This document shows positions 36,808 to 47,676 of a stretch of DNA of 64,000 nucleotides, in pieces. The stretch is from Mobula hypostoma (Eukaryota). Each line of letters opens with the position of its first letter. The first letter of the stretch is position 1. A program made the translations under genes and the position numbers. A model generated the notes under the pieces. That model saw nothing but the letters and a program-made list of their open reading frames with translations, was not told where the DNA came from and ran no database searches. The DNA is taken from positions 57,972,001-58,036,000 of the forward strand of contig NC_086097.1 of the NCBI RefSeq assembly GCF_963921235.1, given 5' to 3'.

Positions 36808-38534
36808 TTTGCTTAGCTTTGAAGGTCTCAAAGCTCTACGCTTCTTTTTGGATTCCAGACCTAATCAGTTCCCCTCTACCACCACTCTGCTCCGTCTAGC
36901 GGAATTAGTCCTTACTCTTAATAATTTCTCCTTTGGCTCCTCCCACTTCCTCCAAACTAAAGGTGTAGCTATGGGCACCCGTATGGGTCCTAGCTATGCC
37001 TGCCTTTTTGTTGGCTTTGTGGAACAATCTATGTTCCGTGCCTATTCTGGTATCTGTTCCCCACTTTTCCTTCGCTACATCGACGACTGCATTGGCGCTG
37101 CTTCCTGCACGCAAGCAGAGCTCGTTGACTTTATTAACTTTGCCTCCAACTTTCACCCTGTCCTCAAGTTTACCTGGTCCATTTCCGACACCTCCCTCCC
37201 CTTTCTAGATCTTTCTGTCTCTGTCTCTGGAGACAACTTATCCACTGATGTCTACGACAAGCCTACTGACTCTCACAACTATCTGGAGTATTCCTCTTCT
37301 CACCCTGTCTCTTGCAAAAACGCCATCCCCTTCTCGCAATTCCTCCGTCTCTGCCGCATCTGCTCTCAGGATGAGGCTTTTCATTCTAGGACGAGGGAGA
37401 TGTCTTCCTTTTTTAAAGAAAGGGGCTTCCCTTCCTCCACTATCAACTCTGCTCTTAAACGCATCTCCCCCATTTCACGTACATCTGCTCTCACTCCATC
37501 CTCCCGCCACCACACTAGAAATAGGGTTCCCCTGGTCCTCGCCTACCAACCCACCAGCCTCCGGGTCCAACATATTATTCTCCATAACTTCCGCCACCTC
37601 CAACGGGATCCCACCACTAAGCACATCTTTCCCTCCCCACCACTCTCTGCATTCCGCAGGGATTGCTCCCTACGCAACTCCCTTATCCATTCGTCCCCCC
37701 CCATCCCTCTCCACTGATCTCCCTCCTGGCACTTATCCGTGTAAGCGGAACAAGTGCTACACATGCCCTTACACTTCCTGCCTTACCACCATTCGGGGCC
37801 CCAAACAGTCCTTCCAGGTGAGGCAACACTTCACCTGTGAGTCGGCTGGAGTGATATACTGTGTCCGGTGCTCCCGATGTGGCCTTTTATATATTGGCGA
37901 GACCCGACACAGACTGGGAGACCGCTTTGCTGAACACCTACGCTCTGTCCGTCAGAGAAAGCAGGATCTCCCAGTGGCCACACATTTTAATTCCACATCC
38001 CATTTCCATTCTGATATGTCTATCCACGGCCTCCTCTACTGTAAAGATGAAGCCACACTCAGGTTGGAGGAACAACACCTTATGTTCCGTCTGGGTAGCC
38101 TCCAACCTGATGGCATGAACATCGACTTCTCTAACTTCCGCTAAGGCCCCACCTCCCCCTCGTACCCCATCTGTTACTTATTTTTATGCACACATTCTTT
38201 CTCTCACTCTCCTTTTTCTCCCTCTGTCCCTCTGAATATACCTCTTGCCCATCCTCTGGGTCCCCCCCCCACCCTTGTCTTTCTTCTCGGACCTCCTGTC
38301 CCATGATCCTCTCGTATCCCCTTTTGCCTATCACCTGTCCAGCTCTTGGCTCCATCCCTCCCCCCCACCGTCTTCTCCTATTATTTTGGATCTCCCCCTC
38401 CCCCTCAAACTTTCAAATCCCTTACTCACTCTTCCTTCAGTTAGTCCTGACGAAGGGTCTTGGCCTGAAACATCGACTGTGCCTCTTCATGGGGATGCTG
38501 CCTGGCCTGCTGCGTTCACCAGCAACTTTTGCGT
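36808..38534 (+). mobile_element. Penelope-like element, 5'-truncated, frameshifted in a C-run near 37700
   Basis: RT (KGVAMG, RYIDD) and GIY-YIG domain ending at 38144; 8-bp TSD GTGTTACC at 36800-36807 and 38535-38542. Confidence 0.93.
38442..38479 (+). ncRNA. Minimal type I hammerhead ribozyme motif
   Basis: UAGUC-CUGACGA-AGGGUCUUGGCCU-GAAA-CAUC-GACUG. Differences from the copy at 15953 are all CpG-type transitions. Confidence 0.75.
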
Positions 38535-38974
38535 GTGTTACCCTATATTCAGATTTGAATTTTAAATCCCAGGTAAAGAAAGTGACCAGAGCAGCATTAC
38601 TACAGTTAAAAAATTGTAAAGCTGTGTCTGTTCCTGTCATGCAATGATGCTGAAAAGCTAATTCGTGCCTTTATATCGAATAGACTAGATTACTGCAAAG
38701 CACTTTTTAAGTCCTTCCAAAGCAATCTATTAACAAACTTCAACACATTCAGAACACCCCACTTTTAACTAAAACCAGGAAGAGGGAACACATCACTCTC
38801 ATTTCCACTACTCTGCATTGGCTTCCTGCATCTTTTTGAATTGATTTGAAGTTCTCTTAATTGTTTTTAAAGCTTTGAATGGTCTGGTATTGGAGTACAT
38901 CACCGAATGACTTTCATTTTATAATCCTGCTTGTGCTCTCAGGTCCTCTTCTGCCGGTCTCTTAAACTTAAACA

Positions 38975-41376
38975 TAGAAACATAGAAACATAGAAAATAG
39001 GTGCAGGAGTAGGCCATTCGGCCCTTCGAGCCTGCACCGCCATTTATTATGATCATGGCTGATCCTCCAACTCAGAACCCCGCCCCAGCCTTCCCTCCAT
39101 ACCCCCTGACCCCCGTAGCCACAAGGGCCATATCTAACTCCCTCTTAAATATAGCCAATGAACTGGCCTCAACTGTTTCCTGTGGCAGAGAATTCCACAG
39201 ATTCACCACTCTCTGTGTGAAGAAGTTTTTCCTAATCTCGGTCCTAAAAGGCTTCCCCTCTATCCTCAAACTGTGGCCCCTCGTTCTGGACTTCCCCAAC
39301 ATCGGGAACAATCTTCCTGCATCTAGCCTGTCCAATCCCTTTAGGATCTTATACGTTTCAATCAGATCCCCCCTCAATCTTCTAAATTCCAACGAGTACA
39401 AGCCCAGTTCATCCAGTCTTTCTTCATATGAAAGTCCTGCCATCCCAGGAATCAATCTGGTGAACCTACTTTGTACTCCCTCTATGGCAAGAATGTCTTT
39501 CCTCAGATTAGGGGACCAAAACTGCACACAATACTCCAGGTGTGGTCTCACCAAGGCCTTGTACAACTGCAGTAGTACCTCCCTGCTCCTGTACTCGAAT
39601 CCTCTTGCTATAAATGCCAGCATATCATTCACCTTTTTCACCGCCTGCTGTACCTGCATGCCCACTTTCAATGACTGGTGTATAATGACACCCAGGTCTC
39701 GTTGCACCTCCCCTTTTCCTAATCGGCCACCATTCAGATAATAATCTGTTTTCCTATTTTTGCCACCAAAGTGGATAACTTCACATTTATCCACATTAAA
39801 TTGCATCTGCCATGAATTTGCCCACTCACACAACCTATCCAAGTCACCCTGCATCCTCTTAGCATCCTCCTCACTGCTAACACTGCCACCCAGCTTCGTG
39901 TCATCTGCAAACTTGGAGATGCTGCATTTAATTCCCTCATCCAAGTCATTAATATATATGGTAAACAACTGGGGTCCCAGCACTGAGCCTTGCGGTACCC
40001 CACTAGTCACCGCCTGCCATTCTGAAAAGGTCTCGTTTATTCCCACTCTTTGCTTCCTGTCTGCTAACCAATTCTCCACCCACACCAATACCTTACCCTC
40101 AATACCGTGTGCTTTAAGTTTGCACACTAATCTCCTGTGTGGGACCTTGTCAAAAGCCTTTTGAAAATCCAAATATACCACATCCACTGGTTCTCCCCTA
40201 TCCACTCTACTAGTTACATCCTCAAAAAATTCTATGAGATTCGTCAGACATGATTTTCCTTTCACAAATCCATGCTGACATTGTCCGATCATTTCACCGC
40301 TTTCCAAATGTGCTGTTATCACATCCTTGATAACTGACTCCAGCAGTTTCCCCACCACCGACGTTAGGCTAACCGGTCTATAATTCCCCGGTTTCTCTCT
40401 CCCTCCTTTTTTAAAAAGTGGAGTTACATTAGCCACCCTCCAATCCTCAGGAACTAGTCCAGAATCTAACGAGTTTTGAAAAATTATCACTAATGCATCC
40501 ACTATTTCTTGGGCTACTTCCTTAAGCACTCTAGGATGCAGACCATCTGGCCCTGGGGATTTATCTGCCTTCAATCCCTTCAATTTATCTAACACCACTT
40601 CCCTACTAACATGTATTTCGCTCAGTTCCTCCATCTCACTGGACCCTCTGTCCCTTACTATTTCTGGAAGATTATTTATGTCCTCCTTAGTGAAGACAGA
40701 ACCAAAGTAATTATTCAATTGGTCTGCCATGTCCTTGCTCCCCATAATCAATTCACCTGTTTCTGTCTGCAGGGGACCTACATTTGTCTTTACCAGTCTT
40801 TTCCTTTTTACATATCTATAAAAGCTTTTACAGTCCGTTTTTATGTTCCCTGCCAGTTTTCTCTCATAATCTTTTTTCCCCTTCCTAATTAAGCCCTTTG
40901 TCCTCCTCTGCTGAACTCTGAATTTCTCCCAGTCCTCAGGTGAGCCACTTTCTCTGGCTAATTTGTATGCTTCTTCTTTGGAATTGATACTATCCCTAAT
41001 TTCTCTTGTCAGCCACGGGTGCACTACCTTCCTTGATTTATTCTTTTGCCAAACTGGGATGAACAATTGTTGTAGTTCATCCATGCAACCTTTAAATGCT
41101 TGCCATTGCATATCCACCGTCAATCCTTTAAGTGTCATTTGCCAGTCTATCTTAGCTAATTCACGTCTCATACCTTCAAAGTTACCCCTCTTTAAGTTCA
41201 GAACCTTTGTTTCTGAATTAACTATGTCACTCTCCATCTTAATGAAGAATTCCACCATATTATGGTCACTCTTACCCAAGGGGCCTCTCACGACAAGATC
41301 GCTAATTAACCCTTCCTCATTTCTCAAAGCCCAGTCCAGAATAGCCTGCTCTCTGGTTGGTTCCTCGACATGTTCC
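38975..41376 (-). mobile_element. Young 5'-truncated CR1, near-identical to 6871-10398
   Basis: (CATAGAAA)n antisense tail; TAAACA duplication at 38969-38974 and 41377-41382. Confidence 0.97.
39072..41327 (-). CDS. CR1 ORF2 open reading frame (751 aa; RT intact, endonuclease truncated, no native start)
   Basis: Uninterrupted ORF with all RT motifs (FADD), but the element is 5'-truncated inside the endonuclease, so expression is unlikely. Confidence 0.6.
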   Translation of the reverse strand: MRNEEGLISDLVVRGPLGKSDHNMVEFFIKMESDIVNSETKVLNLKRGNFEGMRRELAKIDWQMTLKGLTVDMQWQAFKGCMDELQQLFIPVWQKNKSRKVVHPWLTREIRDSINSKEEAYKLARESGSPEDWEKFRVQQRRTKGLIRKGKKDYERKLAGNIKTDCKSFYRYVKRKRLVKTNVGPLQTETGELIMGSKDMADQLNNYFGSVFTKEDINNLPEIVRDRGSSEMEELSEIHVSREVVLDKLKGLKADKSPGPDGLHPRVLKEVAQEIVDALVIIFQNSLDSGLVPEDWRVANVTPLFKKGGREKPGNYRPVSLTSVVGKLLESVIKDVITAHLESGEMIGQCQHGFVKGKSCLTNLIEFFEDVTSRVDRGEPVDVVYLDFQKAFDKVPHRRLVCKLKAHGIEGKVLVWVENWLADRKQRVGINETFSEWQAVTSGVPQGSVLGPQLFTIYINDLDEGIKCSISKFADDTKLGGSVSSEEDAKRMQGDLDRLCEWANSWQMQFNVDKCEVIHFGGKNRKTDYYLNGGRLGKGEVQRDLGVIIHQSLKVGMQVQQAVKKVNDMLAFIARGFEYRSREVLLQLYKALVRPHLEYCVQFWSPNLRKDILAIEGVQSRFTRLIPGMAGLSYEERLDELGLYSLEFRRLRGDLIETYKILKGLDRLDAGRLFPMLGKSRTRGHSLRIEGKPFRTEIRKNFFTQRVVNLWNSLPQETVEASSLAIFKRELDMALVATGVRGYGGKAGAGF

Positions 41377-41532
41377 TAAACAATCTCCCTCAAAACATAA
41401 TTTGCAGGTCAGCTCTTTTGAACTCTGCTCCTAAGCTGTGGAACTCAATACAGGCTGCATTACAGCCTGGTATGGGAACACCAATGCCTTTGAGTGGGAA
41501 GTCCTACAGAAGGTAGTGGATTCAGCCCAGTA

Positions 41533-42759
41533 CAGGGGTCCCCAACCTTTTTCCCACTGTGAACCCATTTCATATTGACAATATTCTTGCGGACCGGCCG
41601 ACCGGGGGGTGGCGGGGGGCGCGGTTTGCCAACAGACAAAATTAGCAGTCAAATACGTTGTGTTTACCCTGAGAAAGACTACAATGACCATGAAGCCTTG
41701 CGCGGGCACCAGTGTGCAGGCGTAACTTGCGTATGCGTGTACTTCCCGATTTCTTAAAAATCATTTTTGCTGATTCTGTTGGCGGTGGCGGGGGTGGGGG
41801 GGGTGTTAATCACGACCGGAATATAAGTGATAAGTGTCTAATACACTCAATTTCGTTTCTAAAAGGGTTTATCTAACGAATTTAATATTAAACACGCAGC
41901 GCATATTTTCCTCACATGAATATAGCGATAAGACAATTGTCAGGGGAGGACAGGGGAGCTTGAAGTAAGTGTTGAACAAACTTCCAGTAGAAGTGGTAGA
42001 AGCAGGTTCGATATTATCATTTAAAGAAAAATTGGATAGGTATATAGACAGGAAAGGAATGGAGGGTTATGGGGCTGAGTGCAGGTCGGTGGGACGAGGT
42101 GAGAGTAGCGTGGGGACGGACTAGAAGGGCTGAGATGGCCTGTTTCCATGTCGTAATTGTTATATGGTTATATAAGTCACTTATAATAGCATCATAACAT
42201 TTTAAGTAACGTTTGGATATTAAACATACAACACATATTTTCCTCGTACGAACATATAAAATCATTGCAATGCACCAATATCACTGAATCAGTGGGAGCC
42301 CTGGGCTTGTTTCCCTGCAACAAGACGGTCCTATCGAGGGGTGATGGGAGACAGCGATACGTGAACGGGGTTCCTTATGTCCAGTCTAATCCGCAATTTA
42401 GTTTTTGTTACATTCATCGCAAAGATATGTTGGAAATGGAAGCAACGTTTTCAGTGCTTCCGTAGCTATCTCAGGATATTCAGCCTTGACTTTGATCCAG
42501 AATGCCGGCAGAGATGTTAGTCAAACGTACTTTTCAGCCCGCCGTCATTTGCAAGCTTGAGGAGTTGATCTCCTTCCGCGCTGACACAGATGAGGCGCGG
42601 GTAATGAGCTCGTGTGTGTTCAAGCTCAACAGTGGGTGTGACAGGGAATGAGGAAAGGTGCAGCTGACTCATCACCAAATCATATCGTTTCCTCGCGGCC
42701 CAGTAGCGCATGCCTTGCGGCCCGGTACCGGTCCGCGGCCCGGTGGTTGGGGACTGCTG
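41533..42759 (-). mobile_element. Internally deleted hAT-Charlie/Buster transposon (MER1/Charlie3-like)
   Basis: TIRs CAGGGGTCCCCAACC / CAGCAGTCCCCAACC; 8-bp TSD GCCCAGTA/GCCTAGTA; minus-strand dimerisation-domain remnant FWIKVKAEYPEIATEALKTLLPFPT...SLSPITPR*DRLVAGKQAQGSH* at 42289-42590. Confidence 0.9.
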
Positions 42760-42827
42760 GCCTAGTACATCACGGGTAAAAGCCTCCCAACCATTGAGCA
42801 CATCTACTTGAAATGTTGTCGTAGAAA

Positions 42828-45815
42828 CATTTGGTTTAAACTAGATTTGCAGGGGGATGGGAACCAGAGTACCAGAGCAGATAGTGGAGCAGTGGTGAAA
42901 ATAAATGATGTTAAAAGTTCATGCAAAGACACAAATAGAAGGGTTGTGTGTGGTGGTAATAATCTTCTGAGGTGTGTCCATTTCAATGCAAGGAGTATTG
43001 TGGGGAAGGCGGACGAGCTGAGGGCGTGGATTGACACATGGAATTATGACATTATAGCCATTAGTGAAACTTGGCTGCAGGAGGGGCAGGACTGGCAGCT
43101 TAATGTTCCAGGGTTCTGATGTTTCAGACGTGATAGAGGCAGAGGAATGAAGGGTGGTGGGGTGGCATTGCTTGTCAGAGAAAATATTACAGCAGTGCTC
43201 AGGCAGGACAGATTAGAGGGCTTGTCTACTGAGTCCTTATGGGTGGAGCTGAGAAAAAGGAAAGGTATGACCACATTAATGGGGTTGTATTATAGACCAC
43301 CCAATAGCCAGTGAGAATTGGAGGAACAAATCTGCAGGGAGATAGCAGACAGCTGTAGGAAACATAAAGTTGTGATAGCAGGGGATTTTAATTTTCCACA
43401 TATTGATTGGGACTCCCGCACTGTTAAAGGCCTAGACGGGTTAGAGTTTGTAAAATGTGTTCAGGAAAGTTTTCTAAATCAATATATAGAGGTACCAACT
43501 AGAGAGGATGCAATATTGGATCTCCTATTAGGATACGAGTTAGGACAGGTAACAGAAGTGTGTGTCGGGGAACACTTTGGTTCCAGTGATCATAACACCA
43601 TTAGTTTCAACTTGATCATGGATAAAGGTAGATCTGGTCCTCAGATTGAGGTTCTAAACTGGAAAAAGGCCAAATTTGAAGAAAAGAGAAAGGATCTAAA
43701 AAGCATGGATTGGGACAGGTTGTTCTCTGGCAAGGATGTGATTGGTAAGTGGGAGGCCTTCAAAGGAGAGATTTTGAGAGTACAGAGTATGTACGTTCCT
43801 GTCAGGATTAAAGGCAAAGTGAATAAGAATAAGGAACCTTGGTTCTCAAGGGATATTGGAACTCTGATAAAGAAGAAGAGAGAGATATATGACATGTATA
43901 GGAAACGGAGCAAATAAGGCACTTGAGAAGTATAAAAAGTGCAAAAAAATACTTAAGAAAGAAATCAGGAGGGCTAAAAGAAGACATGAGGTTGCTTTGG
44001 CAGTCAAGGCGAAGAATAATCCAAAGAGCTTCTACAGGTATATTAAGAGCAAAAGGATAGTAAGGGATAAAATTGGTCCTCTTGAAGATCAGAGTGGTCG
44101 GCTATGTATGGAACCAAAAGAAATGGGGGAGATCTTAAATGGGTTTTTTGCGTCTGTATTTACTAAGGAAACTGGCGTGGAGTCTATGGAAATAAGGCAA
44201 ACGAGTAGTGAGGTCATGAAACCTATACAGATTGAAGAGGAGGAGGTGCTTGCTATCTTGAGGCAAATCAGAGTAGATAAATCCCCAGGACCTGACAGGG
44301 TACTCCCTTGGACTTTGAAGGAGACTAGTGTTGAAATTGCAGGGGCCCTGACAGATATATTTTAAATGTCGGTATCTACGGGTGAGGTGCCGGACGACTG
44401 AAGGATAGCTCATGTTGTTCCATTGTTTAAAAAAGGCTCTAAAAGTAATCCGGGAAATTATAGGTCGGTAAGTTTGACATCAGTAGTAGGTAAATTATTG
44501 TAAGGAGTACTAAGAGATAGGATCTACAAGTATTTGGATAGACAGGGACTTATTAGGTAGGTTCAACATGGCTTTGTGTGTGGTAAGTCATGTTTAACCA
44601 ATCTATTAGAGTTTTTCGAGGAGGTTACCAGGAAAGTGGATGAAGGGAAGGGAAGGCAGTGGATGTTGTCTACATGGACTTCAGTAAGGCCTTTGACAAG
44701 ATCCCACATGGGGTTTAGTTAGGAAGATTCAGTCGCTAGGTGTATATGGAGAGGTAGTAAATTAGATTAGACATTGGCTCAATGGAAGAAGCCAGAGAGT
44801 GGTAGTGGAGGATTGCTTCTCTGAGTGGAGGCCTGTGACTAGTTGTGTGCCGCAGGGATCAGTGCTGGGTTCATTGTTATTTGTCATCTATATCAATGAT
44901 CAGGATGATAACGTGGTAAATTGGATCAGCAAATTTGCTGATGATACAAAGATTGGAGGTGTAGTAGACAGTGAGGAAGGTTTTCAAAGCTTGCAGAGGG
45001 ATTTGGACCAGCTGAAAAAATGGGCTGAAAAAATAGCAGATGGAATTTAATACAGACAAGTGTGAGGTATTGCACTTTGGTAGGACAAGCCAAGGTAGAA
45101 CATACAAGGTAAATGGTAGGGCACTGGGGAGTGCAGTAGAACAGAGGGATCTGGGAATACAGATACAAAATTCCCTAAATGTGGTGTCACAGGTAGATTG
45201 GGTCATAAAGAGAGCTTCTGGTACATTGAGTGTAAGAGTTGGAATGTTATAAGGCATTGGTGAGGCCGAATTTGGAGTATTGTGTGCAGTTTTGGTCACC
45301 AAATTACAGGAAGGATATTAATAAGGTTGAAAGAGTGCAGAGAAGGTTTATAAGGATGTTGCTGGGACTTAAGAAACTGAGTTACAGAGAAAGGTTGAAT
45401 AGGTTAGGACTTTATTCCCTGGAGCGTAGAAGAATGAGGGGAGATTTGATAGAGGTATATAAAATTATGATGGGTATAGATAGAGTGAATGCAAGCAGGC
45501 TTTTTCCACTGAGGCTAGGGGAGAAAAAAAACAGAGGACATGGGTTAAGGGTGAAGGGGGAAAAGTTTAAAGGGAACATTAGGGGAGGCTTCTTCACACA
45601 GAGAGTGGTGGGAGTGTGGAATGAGCTGCCAGATGAAGTGGTAAATGTGGGCTCACTTCTAAGATTTAAGAAAAACTTGGACAGGTACGTGGATGAGAGG
45701 TGTATGGAGGGATATGGTCCAGGTGCAGGTCAGTGGGACTAGGCAGAAAAATGGTTCGGCACAGCCAAGAAGGGCCAAAAGGCCTGTTTCTGTGCTGTAA
45801 TATTCTATGGTTCTA
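42828..45815 (+). mobile_element. CR1 LINE, near-complete ORF2 with many stops and frameshifts
   Basis: NARSI, ISETW, YRPPN, GDFNFP, SDH and RT motifs; TTCTATGGTTCTA tail. Confidence 0.95.
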
Positions 45816-45883
45816 AAAGCAGCATCCATTATCAAAGATCCTTACCACCCAGGCCATGCTCTTTTCTCGCTCCTGCCATCAGG

Positions 45884-46076
45884 CAGGGGTGACCAACCTT
45901 TTACATTCCATGCATCAATTTTTTCACGCACTAGTTCAGATGCGATTTTTTCATGCACGATTTCTATATTATCATATCTTTACAAGAATTGAATGGGGGT
46001 ACAAGAGTAGTATGGCACATCTGAACTCATGAATGAAAAAATTGATGCATGGAATGTAAAAGGTTGGCCACCCCTG
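45884..46076. mobile_element. hAT-type MITE (193 bp) with long TIRs
   Basis: ~43-bp near-perfect TIR CAGGGGTG(A/G)CCAACCTTTTACATTCCATGCATCAATTTTTTCA, extending imperfectly to ~60 bp; no TSD seen. Confidence 0.85.
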
Positions 46077-46757
46077 AAGTAGGTACAGGAGCCTCAGCAT
46101 TCACACCACCACATTCAAGAACAGTTACTACCCTTCAGCCATCAGGCTATTGAACAAAAGCAGATAACTGCACTCATTTAAGCATTCTTTTATCTTGTTA
46201 TTTCATGCTTGTTATTTATTGCTAATTTTTATATCTGCACTTACACAGGTTGTTGTCTATTGATCCTGTTTACACTTATTGTTCTATAGATTTGATAAGT
46301 ATGCCTGCAGAAAAAGAATCTCAGGGCTGTATGTGGTGACATGTATGCACTTTGATAATAAATTTTACTTTGAACTCTAAACTTTTGAACTTCAATACCT
46401 AAAACTGTAAGTGAAGCAGGCTCACTTGACACTTTTAAACACCTATTTACTTAACCTTGCTTTTAACCTTGCTTTAAAGACAGCATTTTCTCTTTTATTT
46501 TCATGTCTGCGCTTTATCCCATTGAAAAGCACTTTGAACTACATTGTTAGTATGGAAAGTGCTCTGTAAATAATTGTTATTATTATTATTATTGCATGTC
46601 AGCTGGTAGGTAAATTGGCTGCTGTAAATTGCTCAGAGTTCAGAGTACAGGAGAAATGAAGGAAGCGGGTGGTGAAATGACGGGGATGCAAGTGGGATCA
46701 CCATGGATAGGTGCTGGACAGTCAGCACAGGCACCTGGCCAAAGGGCTTAGTTCTTT

Positions 46758-47676
46758 ACATTGGCAAATTTGCAGATGACACAAAGCTGAGTGGCAGTGT
46801 GAAATGTGAGGAGGATGTTATGAGAATGCAGGGTGAGTGGGCAGATGCTTGGCAGATGCAGTTTAATGTGGATAAATGTGAGGTTATCCACTTTGGTGGC
46901 AAGAACAGGAAGGCAGATTACCATCTGAGTGGTGTCAAGTTAGGAAAAGGGGAAGTACAACGAGATCTAGGTGTTCTTGTACATCAGTCACTGAAAGTAA
47001 GCATGCAGGTACAGCAGGCAGCGAAGAAAGCTAATGGCATGCTGGCCTTCATAACAAGGGGAGTTGAGTATAGGAGCAAAGAGGTCCTTCTGCAGTTGTA
47101 CAGGGCCCTGGTGAGACCACACTTGGAGTACTGTGTGCAGTTTTGGTCTCCAAATTTGAGGAAGGACATTCTTGTTATTGAGGGAGTGCAGTGTAGGTTC
47201 ACAAGGTTAATTCCTGGGATGGCGGGACTGTCATATGTTGAAAGATTGGAGTAACTGGGCTTGTATACACTGGAATTTAGAAGGATGAGAAAGGATCTGA
47301 TTGATACATATAAGATTATTAAGGGATTGGACAAGCTAGAGGCAAGAAATATGTTCCCGATGTTGGGGAGTCCAGAACCAGAGGCCACAGTTTAAGAATA
47401 AGGGGTAGGCCATTTAGAAAGGAGTTGAGGAAAAACTTTTTCACCCAGAGAGTTGTGGATCTGTGGAATGCTCTGCCTCAGAAGGCAGTGGAGGCCAAGT
47501 CTCTGGATGCTTTCAAGAAAGAGTTCGATAGAGCTCTTAAAGATAGCGGAGTCCAGGGATATGGGGAGAAGGCAGGAACGGGGTGCTGATTGTGGATGAT
47601 CAGCCATGATCACAGTGAATGGCGGTGCTGGCTCGAAGGGCTGAATGGCCTACTCCTGCACTCTATTGTCTATTCT
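46758..47676 (+). mobile_element. 5'-truncated CR1
   Basis: KFADDTKL through the RT C-terminus; premature TAA at 47252; TCTATTG tail. Confidence 0.93.

Larger units (their letters stand above)
41452..46391 (+). mobile_element. Rex1/Babar-like 3' fragment split by three insertions
   Basis: GCITAWYGN...LQKVVDSAQY | ITGKSLPTIEHIY | KAASIIKDPYHPGHALFSLLPSG | RYRSL..FKNSYYP; (TTGAAC)n tail; 7-bp TSD TCAATAC at 41445-41451 and 46392-46398. Confidence 0.88.
36480..46593 (+). mobile_element. L2 LINE split into four pieces (36480-36807, 38535-38974, 41377-41451, 46392-46593)
   Basis: QGSCLGPLLF, YADDT, WMSNSFLKLNEEKTE, RLDYCK, REHIT...LHWLP and APKLWNSIP continue across the insertions. L2-type 3' end AAAGCACTTTGAACTACAT...AAGTGCT with (TTA)n tail. 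Confidence 0.88.

Noticed and set aside
36692..37717. 341-aa ORF with a novel N-terminus fused to an RT
   Set aside because: Chance fusion of out-of-frame L2 sequence to a truncated Penelope RT across the TSD at 36800-36807.
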